NCBI GenBank assembly: GCA_019428815.1
Contig: JAHYJW010000002.1
Location: 11,725 to 75,724 of the forward strand
Length of the DNA: 64,000 bases
Reading direction: 5' to 3'
DNA from: Patescibacteria group bacterium
Lineage (GTDB): Archaea > Nanobdellota > Nanobdellia > Pacearchaeales > GW2011-AR1
Shown here: positions 28,279 to 37,618 of the stretch, one piece after another
Layout: each line of letters starts with the position of its first letter
How positions within the stretch are numbered: the first letter of the stretch is position 1
Notes under the pieces: generated by a model
The model's database searches: none
The model's input: the letters and a program-made list of their open reading frames with translations, nothing else
Told to the model about the DNA's origin: nothing
Made by a program: the position numbers and the translations under genes

Positions 28279-29617
28279 TTTTATTTCTCCTATTATTAGG
28301 GTGATAACTTAACCTAATTCCCCCATAAGCTCCACTTTCCCCATGATCTTTCATCCAATTATATCCACCTGTAAGGCCTAAACTAAGATCATTTAGAATA
28401 GGAAAATTTATGCTTGAATTAACATTGTAAGACTTTGATTTCTGATTTTTTGAGTTTTCATTTTCTTTGATAATCTCTCCAGATGATGAAACTATACTCT
28501 CTTTAACATGATTAGTTGATGTCCATTGATTAACTCCTGCTCCTACAGAAAGATATCTAGATATATCAATCTCCCCTCCAACACCAACAGATCTAAAGTT
28601 TGAGTTATATTCCTCTCCAACACCCAATATTCCTTCTGAAAGAGGAACAGAAATTTCCCTTACTTTTTGATCTCCAGCTTCAGAAGAATTAACCACAAAA
28701 GAAACAGGACCATATCCAACTCCTGCTTCTATCCTTCTAAAACCATTTTTACCTGCAGAAAGACCTCCAAAGATTTTAGCCCCATAAGAAGATTTAATCT
28801 TTTTTGGAACTGGTTGGCCTTTTTGTGATCCTTCCGGTTCATAACTTTTTAAGGAATCTGATTGAGCTTCTCTTAGAGTATCTTTTTCTCCACCATTATT
28901 CTCATATGGGGAAAAACTAAAATCTTCATTTTTAGAAGTTTTTCTATCCAAACAGTCCAAAGGGAATATTAAAGGCCTTCTTCTATCAGGCGTCGGTTTT
29001 AATCTTAGAGAGATGTCATCTAGGGAATCAATAATTTTTTTATCTAGATAATCACCGCCTTCAGGAGTTTTCCAGTTAAGATAAACTACAACAGGAACGC
29101 TATCTGTATTACTTTTTGCTATGAACATATATGGCCCTTCTTGGATATTCTTCATATCATCTTTAGAGATAGGGCTTCCATTATACAAGAGTTTTTCTAA
29201 ATTATTTAAAGAATTTTTATCGCTTTCAGGTATTTCATTGATTAATCTTTCATAATGATTAATTGTAGCAATTGCTTTCTTCTTTGAAAGAGAATCTAAA
29301 GAGTTTAGGTCTTTTTTTAAATAGTTAATAACATCTCTTAAACCTTCTTTAGCATCCCCAATACTCCAATTGATATCCCCTTCGAGGGGTTTTAATTTAA
29401 ATTTATTTAGATATTCAGAAAGAGAAGTTTCAGAATCTGGGTTTAAGTACATATCAAAACCAAAATCTTTTAAGATTACTCCATCTCCAGAAACAGAGAG
29501 TCTTGAATCTTCAGAATATACTCTGTTATTCTTTTTGGTGTTAGTAGCAAAGTTAACATTTGGTGAACCTAACAAGAATGCAATTGTTGCCCCAGCTAAA
29601 ATCTTTTTGAGTGTCAT
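28268..29617 (-). CDS. secreted protein whose C-terminal ~170 aa look like a small OMP-type beta-barrel
   Basis: Bacterial-looking signal peptide (MTLKKILAGATIAFLLGSPNVNFA). The C-terminus has 8-9 short amphipathic alternating strands (YGAKIFGGLSAG, FRRIEAGVGYG, FRSVGVGGEIDIS, YLSVGAGVNQW, LSLGLTGGYNW, AYGGIRLSYH). It overlaps the downstream gene by 11 nt. Confidence 0.5.
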   Translation of the reverse strand: MTLKKILAGATIAFLLGSPNVNFATNTKKNNRVYSEDSRLSVSGDGVILKDFGFDMYLNPDSETSLSEYLNKFKLKPLEGDINWSIGDAKEGLRDVINYLKKDLNSLDSLSKKKAIATINHYERLINEIPESDKNSLNNLEKLLYNGSPISKDDMKNIQEGPYMFIAKSNTDSVPVVVYLNWKTPEGGDYLDKKIIDSLDDISLRLKPTPDRRRPLIFPLDCLDRKTSKNEDFSFSPYENNGGEKDTLREAQSDSLKSYEPEGSQKGQPVPKKIKSSYGAKIFGGLSAGKNGFRRIEAGVGYGPVSFVVNSSEAGDQKVREISVPLSEGILGVGEEYNSNFRSVGVGGEIDISRYLSVGAGVNQWTSTNHVKESIVSSSGEIIKENENSKNQKSKSYNVNSSINFPILNDLSLGLTGGYNWMKDHGESGAYGGIRLSYHPNNRRNKNEK

Positions 29618-29741
29618 TTTAGATTATTTTTTTATTAATTCCTGAGTTTATAAATCTTTCTAATTTGTTGTTACTTTATAATTATTACTAAAATGACACT
29701 ACTCTTGGATTATATCTTAAAAATTGAATCAAGCCATTCAA

Positions 29742-30653
29742 TCACTTAAAACCCAATTTTAAATTTTCTGGCCGGAGTATTTTTACCGGAAAGGCTTCTT
29801 CTAACTCTTTCAAGAAATCTTTGAATAAATTTGGTTTAGAAGTTGCTTTTATATCTTCAATAACTTCTCTAGCTTTTTGTTCTCCTTTTTTGATTATCCT
29901 TTGAGAATCTGAGAAGTCTAATGCACTCACATCTTCTAAATTTACATTTATAAGAAAATCAATCTCATCTCCAATCAAGTCTGCTGTACTTAACTCTGAA
30001 GTAAAAATTTGTAAAGATTTGGCAGCACATGCTAAAATGTTTGGGACAGTTGTTTTTTTATCTCTTTCATTAGAGACTGCTTCTTCATTCAAGATTGGTT
30101 CTCTAATTCTTCTTTTATTAACATTTACTGCTATAATTATGTCTGCCTTTTCTTTCAAAATTTCTGTGGGAACAGGATCAACTATCCCCCCATCTACTAA
30201 GACTCTCCCTTTATTTGAAACAGGGGCAAATAAAGCCGGAATTGAGATACTAGCCCTTATTGCTTTTACTACATCTCCTTTAGTGAACACAATTTCCCTT
30301 TTACTTTCGATATCAAATGCTGTTATAAAAAGAGGAATTGTCAAATCGTCAAAAGTAATATTCCCCAACTTACTTCTAAGAAATTTTTCTATTTTATTTG
30401 ATTTCATTAACCCTTTTACCGGAAAATGATAACTAAAAAGGTCTTTCCAATTAATGTCTAGAACTTCTCTCTCTAGTTTTTTTATATTAAGTTCTGCAGA
30501 ATAAAAAGCTCCGATTACAGCCCCCATACTTGTTCCGGCTATATAATCTATAGGGATATGATTTTCTTGTAAAACTTTTAGAACTCCAATATGTGCTAAT
30601 CCTCTTGCACCCCCTCCACTTAAAGCAATACCCACTTTTTTTCTCTTTTTCAT
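29742..30653 (-). CDS. patatin-like phospholipase
   Basis: GIALSGGGARGLAHIGVL (oxyanion GGxR), the GTSMGA nucleophile elbow, and DGG near the catalytic Asp. Confidence 0.8.
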   Translation of the reverse strand: MKKRKKVGIALSGGGARGLAHIGVLKVLQENHIPIDYIAGTSMGAVIGAFYSAELNIKKLEREVLDINWKDLFSYHFPVKGLMKSNKIEKFLRSKLGNITFDDLTIPLFITAFDIESKREIVFTKGDVVKAIRASISIPALFAPVSNKGRVLVDGGIVDPVPTEILKEKADIIIAVNVNKRRIREPILNEEAVSNERDKKTTVPNILACAAKSLQIFTSELSTADLIGDEIDFLINVNLEDVSALDFSDSQRIIKKGEQKAREVIEDIKATSKPNLFKDFLKELEEAFPVKILRPENLKLGFK

Positions 30654-30772
30654 ATCTTTCAGAAAAGTATACGAACTTTAAATAACTTCCCCGAAAATAA
30701 AAAATAAAAAATCTTACTAGCTTGAACAATAAAACAAAAAAAGAGAATTCGAATTAAATCTTAAAAATTAAA

Positions 30773-31354
30773 TTAATTTTTTTCTAAATTATTTGTTTTT
30801 TTGTAGATAAATATAACCAACAAAAATTCAGTGAGTATAATCAAAGGCATTGTTCTACCTAAAAATTCCAAAGCCATAATTGTAGTTATCAACAATGAAA
30901 CAAGACTCGCGCTTAATAAAGAATATTTGATTATTTTATCTGAGATTTTTATAAAAGCAAGTGTTAATGCAAAAATAAAAGTAAAAATCATTCGGCCCAG
31001 ATTAATTCTGTTATTATAACTCTTTATTTCAGAAAGGAAATCCCGATAACAATAACTACATTCTACTTCACAATCCTTTTTGTAAATCAGGTTACCTTCA
31101 TTCTGTAAACATTCTGTTATGAATCCTTCATCATAAGAACAGTTTAACTCTTCTAAGGAAGAAGTTTGGACATAAGGGGTAGAATAATCTTTAAAATAAG
31201 GATAGTCCCCAAAAGAACAATTATCTTCAGGCCGTTCTAAGAAAAGCCTTTCGATTGTAAAAACAAAACTTATAAACAAAGCAAAGATTAAAGCAAACAT
31301 TACAATGCTATAAATTGTTTTGTCTAATCCCCTCTTTTTATTTTCTTTAACCAT
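30773..31354 (-). CDS. hypothetical membrane protein with a Cys-rich extracytoplasmic loop
   Basis: 193 aa. The N-terminal TM is followed by a loop with 6 Cys (CSFGD...CSYDEGFITEC...CEVECSYC) and 2-3 C-terminal TMs. Confidence 0.45.
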   Translation of the reverse strand: MVKENKKRGLDKTIYSIVMFALIFALFISFVFTIERLFLERPEDNCSFGDYPYFKDYSTPYVQTSSLEELNCSYDEGFITECLQNEGNLIYKKDCEVECSYCYRDFLSEIKSYNNRINLGRMIFTFIFALTLAFIKISDKIIKYSLLSASLVSLLITTIMALEFLGRTMPLIILTEFLLVIFIYKKTNNLEKN

Positions 31355-31383
31355 TTTTTAAACTTATTTATTCCTAAAAAGAA

Positions 31384-31562
31384 TCCCTCCGCCCAGATTC
31401 GAACTGGGGGTCTCCCGGGTTCTGCTTTTAAAAAAACTTGAAAAATGAATCTTCAAGGGATTTTTTATTACTGGCTTTTGGGGTTTCATAGTTATCATAA
31501 TTGAATCTCCACCTTAGGTAAAAACCTACAGCCAGGCGCTTTAACCACTAAGCTACGGAGGG
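31384..31562 (-). tRNA. tRNA-Tyr (anticodon GTA, C1-G72) with an intron of about 106 nt at 37/38 (about 31420..31525)
   Basis: Minus strand: acceptor CCCTCCG/CGGAGGG, D-arm GCTT-AGTGGTTA-AAGC, anticodon stem CCTGG/CCGGG with loop CTGTAG|intron|C, T-arm CCCAG-TTCGAAT-CTGGG. The exons sum to 73 nt. Confidence 0.8.
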
Positions 31563-31697
31563 ATTTTCATTTAGTCTGAAGAGGCATAAAGTAACTGACC
31601 TTCAAGACCTTGAATTAGATAAATGAATTGATTTTAAAACCTTTTTGTTTATACTTTTAGAAATAATTTCTTTTAATAGTACCCGTCGTTTTATTTT

Positions 31698-32024
31698 TCA
31701 AAATTTAATTAATTTTAAGACATTAAGAATTAAAATCATATAAATAAAAAGTGCTAAGATAAAAGAAGTAATAAAAGCAGGAATTATACCTATTATACCA
31801 GATAAATAGTTCATTACTACAAAAATTATAAATGAAGAAACTAAAAAAACTAAAATAATCTTAATCAATAAAAGAAGTGTTATTTTAGACTTATGCTTTA
31901 TATGCTCTCTTAAGGTTCTTTTCTTTTTTTTATTGATTTCTTTTTTATTTTTTTTAATGTTTCCCCCCTCATTTTTTTTAGTCTTCTTTGTCTCTTTATT
32001 CTTATTCTTTTTTTTATCTTGCAT
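31698..32024 (-). CDS. hypothetical protein: poly-Lys/Asn N-terminus plus 2 TMs
   Basis: 108 aa. MQDKKKNKNKETKKTKKNEGGNIKKNKKEINKKKKR is followed by two hydrophobic helices. Confidence 0.4.
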   Translation of the reverse strand: MQDKKKNKNKETKKTKKNEGGNIKKNKKEINKKKKRTLREHIKHKSKITLLLLIKIILVFLVSSFIIFVVMNYLSGIIGIIPAFITSFILALFIYMILILNVLKLIKF

Positions 32025-32120
32025 TTAATAAAGAATATTTAATTCCTTTTAAATTTTTTTAATGAGAAGCGGGAATAAAAATAGGGTTTTATTTTTTAAG
32101 AATTAAGGCCGAGGGGAAAT

Positions 32121-33545
32121 TTATTCTCCTTCTTCTTTGCCTCTTTGTTCAACAACAAAAAACGCCATATTAGATTCTGCTTCATGTATTTTTCCACTTT
32201 TTTCATATATTGCTGTCGCTGTAGGGAATGCAAATTTTCCTAATACGCCTACCTTAGAATAAACCACATATGAAAGAACTCTTTTTTCACCTTCTTCTAA
32301 TTTTTCAAAATTCCATTCTAATCTTCTGTTTTTCTTGTCAACCTTAGAAGGGTTTTCTCCTCCGAATCTTTCATAAATCTCAACTAAAGGCGGAAGCTTA
32401 TCAACGATATTAATTCTTTCTGCAAATTTTCTAGCAGTTACCAGAATAGATACCTTAATAGCAAATTCCCCCCCTTTAGATTTTATAAAAGAAACTTTCT
32501 TTTTAAGGATTATATTCGTCTTAAGATATTGACTTGCCAAAAAAACAATAAGACAAATAAAGAATATTATGATAAAGGGGAAAAACCAATTGGTTCTTAC
32601 TAAAATTTGATAATTTTCACCAGGTTTTATTTCACTTATCCAGGTATAATAAACAGCAGTACCTTCTCTTTCTACTGCGAAAGGTTCTGGATTAAAGGTA
32701 GTAAACAATCGAGAAATAATATTCTTTCTTAAAACAGTTTCAGAAGTTTCGATCATATTTCCCTCGTTATTTTTTTCAATTATTTGAGTGGTTACGAAAA
32801 CACCAAATTCTGTTTTTGATGTTGTCACAATATTTTTTTCTGCAAATCTTATTACATCCTCGATGATTGTTTCCTTATCCCATACTTCAATTTCTGCTTT
32901 AAGAGTATAAAATCCCGCTGTTAAATCTTTAAAATCTTCTTTATCTAAGGGAATTAAAAAGGTTACATTTTCTTTTGGTCCAATATCAAAAGTTTTTTCA
33001 GTATTAAAAAAGGGTGATGAAAAAGTTGCGTCAATTTCCCCAAAATCAATATTTTCATTGTTAATAATAAAAATTTCAACAGATTCTGACTCTGGATCAA
33101 TTTCTCCAGAACCTATGCTAAACGTACTATTTAATTTTGTAATTTTAAAAGTAAAACTTTCTTCAATACTCTCACTGTTATCTTTGATTATATAATAAGT
33201 TAGAGTATAATATCCTTTTTCAGGAAGATTTCCCAAAGGAATAACTTCTAAGGTAATTCTTTTAGTTTCGTTCCTTTCAATGTAAATACCCTCAGAAGGA
33301 TAAATTAAAAATCCAATTAGATTATAAAATTCAAAGGAACCAGATCTTCCAAGATTGGTTATTTCTAAATCCAGAAAGAGAGAATTTTTTAAATCGTGAA
33401 TATAGACTTCGTCATTACTTTTTTTTTGTAAATCAATATCCAAGGCAGAAAAAAGAGGCAGAGTGGATAAAAAAGAAAAGAGTATAACTAAAAAAAAGAG
33501 CTTAAATTTTAATTTTTGATTCTTTTTGTCGATTAAGTTTTTCAT
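32121..33545 (-). CDS. large surface/membrane protein with beta-sandwich domains on both sides of a central TM
   Basis: 474 aa. A signal peptide is followed by Ig-like repeats (FYNLIGFLIYPSEG..., YYTLTYYII...) and the TM WFFPFIIIFFICLIVFLA. A DUF11/DUF58-like C-terminal domain follows (EGEKRVLSYVVYSKVG). Confidence 0.5.
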   Translation of the reverse strand: MKNLIDKKNQKLKFKLFFLVILFSFLSTLPLFSALDIDLQKKSNDEVYIHDLKNSLFLDLEITNLGRSGSFEFYNLIGFLIYPSEGIYIERNETKRITLEVIPLGNLPEKGYYTLTYYIIKDNSESIEESFTFKITKLNSTFSIGSGEIDPESESVEIFIINNENIDFGEIDATFSSPFFNTEKTFDIGPKENVTFLIPLDKEDFKDLTAGFYTLKAEIEVWDKETIIEDVIRFAEKNIVTTSKTEFGVFVTTQIIEKNNEGNMIETSETVLRKNIISRLFTTFNPEPFAVEREGTAVYYTWISEIKPGENYQILVRTNWFFPFIIIFFICLIVFLASQYLKTNIILKKKVSFIKSKGGEFAIKVSILVTARKFAERINIVDKLPPLVEIYERFGGENPSKVDKKNRRLEWNFEKLEEGEKRVLSYVVYSKVGVLGKFAFPTATAIYEKSGKIHEAESNMAFFVVEQRGKEEGE

Positions 33546-33601
33546 ATAAAAAGTTATGGAAAAATTCTATTTAAGGATTTCGGTATTTTTTAAAGGGATT
33601 C

Positions 33602-34108
33602 CTATTTTTTCCCTTCTAAGTCTAAATAAGCCTTTGCTTGACCTAAAAATTCGTCGCATAATTCTGCCAATTTGTTATCATATTCCTCCACTCTTGAAGT
33701 TATGACCCATTTTTCATAGATACCCCTAAGAAATTTATTAAAGGCAGACATCTCGAATTTACCCTGATAATCCCTTACAAGGTCCCCTTTTATAGAGACT
33801 TTTAAAGAACCTTTATTCATTCTGATCTTTGCTTGCCCTTGCATAATCTCTACTTCCTGTAACCTCTTTATTTCAAATTTAACCTTTATCTCAAATCGAA
33901 AATAATCTGTAATATTCCTTAATCCAACCCATTGGATAAGCAATTCTTTCTCATTATCTTTTATTTTTTCTTCATATTTTTCTTCTATTAATTGTTCAAA
34001 CCCTTTATCCTGGTTTAACCATTCATAACAAAATTTGTAAAAATCTTTAAATGAAAATAATCCATCATACTTAATCGTGCTCGAGAATATTGTCTCTTTT
34101 TCAACCAT
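33602..34108 (-). CDS. hypothetical soluble protein
   Basis: 168-aa ORF, 56 nt upstream of 32121..33545 on the same strand. No motif recognised. Confidence 0.45.
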   Translation of the reverse strand: MVEKETIFSSTIKYDGLFSFKDFYKFCYEWLNQDKGFEQLIEEKYEEKIKDNEKELLIQWVGLRNITDYFRFEIKVKFEIKRLQEVEIMQGQAKIRMNKGSLKVSIKGDLVRDYQGKFEMSAFNKFLRGIYEKWVITSRVEEYDNKLAELCDEFLGQAKAYLDLEGKK

Positions 34109-34203
34109 ATTTTTTATAACAGAAATATATTTAAATAACCTTCGGATGCCATTTTTAGAAGAGGCTATGTGATAAAATTTAAAGAAAAAATAAAAAACCT
34201 CTC

Positions 34204-34857
34204 ATGATGCTATCTAAAAATTTAATAGAAGATTTAGGATTAAAAGAAAAATATGGAAGAATTTTCAGAGGAGAATTTGAAAAAGATCCTTTATATGAAG
34301 AAATCCTTGAGGTGGGAAAAAGAAATTCTGAAGAAGGATTATGGATTTTAGGGGGCTATGTTTATAGAACAATAATTGACCATATCTATCACTCAGATAC
34401 TAAAAAAGAACAAGTAGATATTGATTTTCTTACACAAAGAATGTCAGAAGAGCGGTATGTTCCGGAGGGATGGAAAAGTGGAAAAACAGATTTTGGAGAC
34501 CCTTGTATGATGAAAGGGAAGTATAAAATAGACATTAATGATATGAACACCTTCCATAGCATCACTTCAAATGAATGCGAAGCCACAATAGAAAACATTT
34601 TAAGAAATTCACCCTTAACAATCCAATCAATTGCCTGGGATTTAGAAAAGAAGAAACTTTTAGGGAATAGAGGAATTCTAGCGATACTCTACAAAACAGT
34701 AGGAGTTAATAATCTTTCTGAAGCAGAATATGAATCTAAAAGAAAAGGGCTCTTTTTAGAAGATTTAGTATCCTTCAAAGCGCAACAGTTAGGTTTTAAA
34801 CCTCAAGGAGTTAAAAGAGCCCAGATTTTAGGTCTAATTAAAGAACTTTTTTTGTAA
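34204..34857 (+). CDS. hypothetical protein, possibly a minimal PolyA_pol/CCA-type (class II) nucleotidyltransferase head domain
   Basis: LWILGGYVYRTIID...EQVDIDFLT resembles GGxVRD...DxD, and SPLTIQSIAWDL resembles RDFTINA. Pattern-level only. Confidence 0.35.
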   Translation: MMLSKNLIEDLGLKEKYGRIFRGEFEKDPLYEEILEVGKRNSEEGLWILGGYVYRTIIDHIYHSDTKKEQVDIDFLTQRMSEERYVPEGWKSGKTDFGDPCMMKGKYKIDINDMNTFHSITSNECEATIENILRNSPLTIQSIAWDLEKKKLLGNRGILAILYKTVGVNNLSEAEYESKRKGLFLEDLVSFKAQQLGFKPQGVKRAQILGLIKELFL

Positions 34858-34927
34858 ATTCTCAGTCTTCTTTTATCAATCCCTAATTTCCACCTATTAA
34901 TTTCTAAGATACCTCTTTCTGATAGAA

Positions 34928-35491
34928 TTATATAGAATCTAAACAAGATGCACAAACTAAAGTCCCATTACTTTTATACAATGGTGCTCTTTGCCCACAT
35001 TCATTACAGATTCCATCTCTTACACTAACTTTAACATAAGAGTCTGTATCCTTAAGTCTCTTAATTTTCTCTTCTTCTTCTCTAATGAATTCTATTTCTT
35101 TTAGATTAGAATAAACTTCTGGATGCATGCTTAGAATATCTTTTAATGTTAACAAACCCATTAATTTTCCTTCTTTAACAACTGGAAGTCGATAAAAATG
35201 ATTTTTATTTATTTTACTTATTGCTTCAGAAATCTTTGCAGAAGGTTTTAGGGTAATTAACTTTTTAGGAGAAACATCCTTAGCTTTAACCTTAGAAAGA
35301 TCAGATTTTTTAACTATTGCCCAGAGTATATCTTTTTGACTAACTATCCCCTTAAGTTTTCCTTTTTCTACTAAAACAAGACTTCCAATCCTTTTTTTTA
35401 TCATCTTTTTTGCACAAGAAAGAAGGCTTTCATTAGGTTTAGCAGTGATTGGATTACGAGTCATTATGTCTGAAACAGTTCTTTCTACCAT
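34928..35491 (-). CDS. CBS-pair domain protein with a C-terminal zinc ribbon
   Basis: Two CBS motifs (VSDIMTRNPITAKPNESL..., ...FYRLPVVKEGKLMGLLTLKDIL) and the C-terminal CNECG...CASC. Confidence 0.75.
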   Translation of the reverse strand: MVERTVSDIMTRNPITAKPNESLLSCAKKMIKKRIGSLVLVEKGKLKGIVSQKDILWAIVKKSDLSKVKAKDVSPKKLITLKPSAKISEAISKINKNHFYRLPVVKEGKLMGLLTLKDILSMHPEVYSNLKEIEFIREEEEKIKRLKDTDSYVKVSVRDGICNECGQRAPLYKSNGTLVCASCLDSI

Positions 35492-35619
35492 GTTTATAAA
35501 AGTCTTTAAAGTCTTATAAATCTTCTGAAAGTAAACCTTATTTTCATATTTAGGGGAATTTTGTTAAATAGCTCTGAATAGTTTACAACAATAATGTTTA
35601 AATAACTCTAAAAAAAACA

Positions 35620-37260
35620 ATGGATATGCCTGAAAAACCAATCGTTTTAATGCCTGAAGATGTACAAAGAATTCTTGGAAAAGATGCGCAAAGAAATAAT
35701 ATAATGGCTGCAAAAATGGTCTCTGAAATAGTTAAAACTACTTTAGGCCCAAAAGGAATGGATAAGATGTTAGTTTCTCCAACAAATGACATTATCATTA
35801 CAAATGACGGAGTTACAATACTTGAAGAAATGCAAATAGAACATCCAGCTGCAAAAATGATGGTTGAAATTGCAAAAACCCAAGAAAGTGAGGTTGGAGA
35901 TGGAACTACAACTGCAGTTATGATTGCAGGTAAATTACTTGAAAATGCTGAAAAACTTCTTGATAAAAAAATACACCCAACTGTGATTACAAAAGGATAC
36001 AGAATTGCAGCTGATAAATCTCAAGAAATTCTTTTAGATTTAGCTTTGAAAATAACCCCCAATGATGAAAAAATACTAAAACAAATTGCAATGACTGCTA
36101 TGACAGGTAAGGGTGCAGAAGACGCCAAAGAAAAACTCTCAGAGATAATTGTCCAAGCAATTAAACAAGTAGAGAATAATGGGCAATTAGATTTAAAGGA
36201 TATAAAAATTGACTCATCAAAAGGATTAGGGATAAAAGATACAGAGATAATTCAAGGAATAGTAATTGATAAAGAAAGGGCTTCTTATGATATGCCTAAT
36301 TTTATTTTAGATGCAAAAATAGCTTTAGTTGATTTTCCTCTTGAAATAAAAAACCCCGAGATAGATACAAAAATTTCAATAAATTCTCCCGACCAACTTC
36401 AAAGTTTTGTGATAGAAGAGGAAAGAAGTATAAAAGAAATGATTGAAAAAGTAAAACTTTCTGGAGCTAATGTTATCTTTTGTCAAAAGGGGATTGATGA
36501 TTTTGCAAGATATTTACTTTCAAAAGAGAAAATTTATGCTTGTCGAAGAGTTTCCAGAAGTGATTTAGAAAAAATCTCTAAAGCAACTGGAGGTAGGATT
36601 ATAAGTAACCTAAATGAATTAACTCCTTTTGAGCTAGGAAATGCAAAAAAAGTTGAAGAGATTAAACAGGGAGAAGATACCTTCACTTACATAAGAGGAT
36701 GTCAAAATCCTAAATCTCTAACAATTTTAATTCATGGGGGAACAGACCATGTCATTGAAGAAGTTAAAAGAGCAATAAAGGATGGTTTAGGAGATGTAGC
36801 ATGTGTCTTAAAATCTGGATTAGTTGTTCCCGGAGGGGGAGCAATTGAGATGGAACTTTCAAAAAGACTTAGAGAATTTTCACAGGGATTGACTGGAAGA
36901 GAACAACTTGCCATAGAAGAATTTGCTTCTGCACTTGAGTTTTTACCTGCAACTCTTGCAGAAAACGCAGGAATAGATCCCATAGATATTTTGACTGAAT
37001 TAAAGTCCCGACATGATTCTGGAGAAAAAAATGCGGGATTGAACCTATTCACAAATAGAATTGAAAACGTTTTAGAATCTCGTATAATAGAACCCTTAAA
37101 AATAAAAAGCCAGGCCATAAATTCTGCTAGCGATGTTGCCATAATGATTCTAAGAATTGATGACATAATCTCTGCAGTGGGTAAAAAAAATTCTTTAGGA
37201 ATAAAAGGGACCAACCCTATGATGGGCAAGGGAGGATTCCCAGATTATGGAGACTTTTAA
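35620..37260 (+). CDS. ths: thermosome subunit (group II chaperonin)
   Basis: [22 protein letters not shown], ...[11 protein letters not shown]..., [28 protein letters not shown]. Confidence 0.9.
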   Translation: MDMPEKPIVLMPEDVQRILGKDAQRNNIMAAKMVSEIVKTTLGPKGMDKMLVSPTNDIIITNDGVTILEEMQIEHPAAKMMVEIAKTQESEVGDGTTTAVMIAGKLLENAEKLLDKKIHPTVITKGYRIAADKSQEILLDLALKITPNDEKILKQIAMTAMTGKGAEDAKEKLSEIIVQAIKQVENNGQLDLKDIKIDSSKGLGIKDTEIIQGIVIDKERASYDMPNFILDAKIALVDFPLEIKNPEIDTKISINSPDQLQSFVIEEERSIKEMIEKVKLSGANVIFCQKGIDDFARYLLSKEKIYACRRVSRSDLEKISKATGGRIISNLNELTPFELGNAKKVEEIKQGEDTFTYIRGCQNPKSLTILIHGGTDHVIEEVKRAIKDGLGDVACVLKSGLVVPGGGAIEMELSKRLREFSQGLTGREQLAIEEFASALEFLPATLAENAGIDPIDILTELKSRHDSGEKNAGLNLFTNRIENVLESRIIEPLKIKSQAINSASDVAIMILRIDDIISAVGKKNSLGIKGTNPMMGKGGFPDYGDF

Positions 37261-37618
37261 TCAGAGCGTTGATTTTGACTATTTATTCTAAAAAATTTTT
37301 AGATATTTATTCTAAAAAATTTCTTAGGGTTTTTAAAAAAATCTTATCAAGAAAGATTAGATTTAAAGAATTTAAATTAAAAAATATTGAAGAAGCATAC
37401 GGATAAAAAATCTAAATTTTTTAGTCAGTTTAAATTTAATCTTAGGTTTCTTTTTTAGAAATAATTTTATCGAGGGTTAATCTAAAAATTTTATTTGAAG
37501 GAAAGATTGAGATTAATTTAAAAAATCCAAAACATATTTAAATAAGATTTTACTTTGTATACTATAAAAGGAGGTTTAATGCAAAACAAAGTTTTTACTT
37601 TGTTGTTAAAAAGAGAAG

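Noticed and set aside
31420-31525. A C/D-box sRNA hidden in the tRNA-Tyr intron.
   Set aside because: The only C-box-like string is ATGATAA, and there is no CTGA D box at a suitable distance. This is not supportable by eye.
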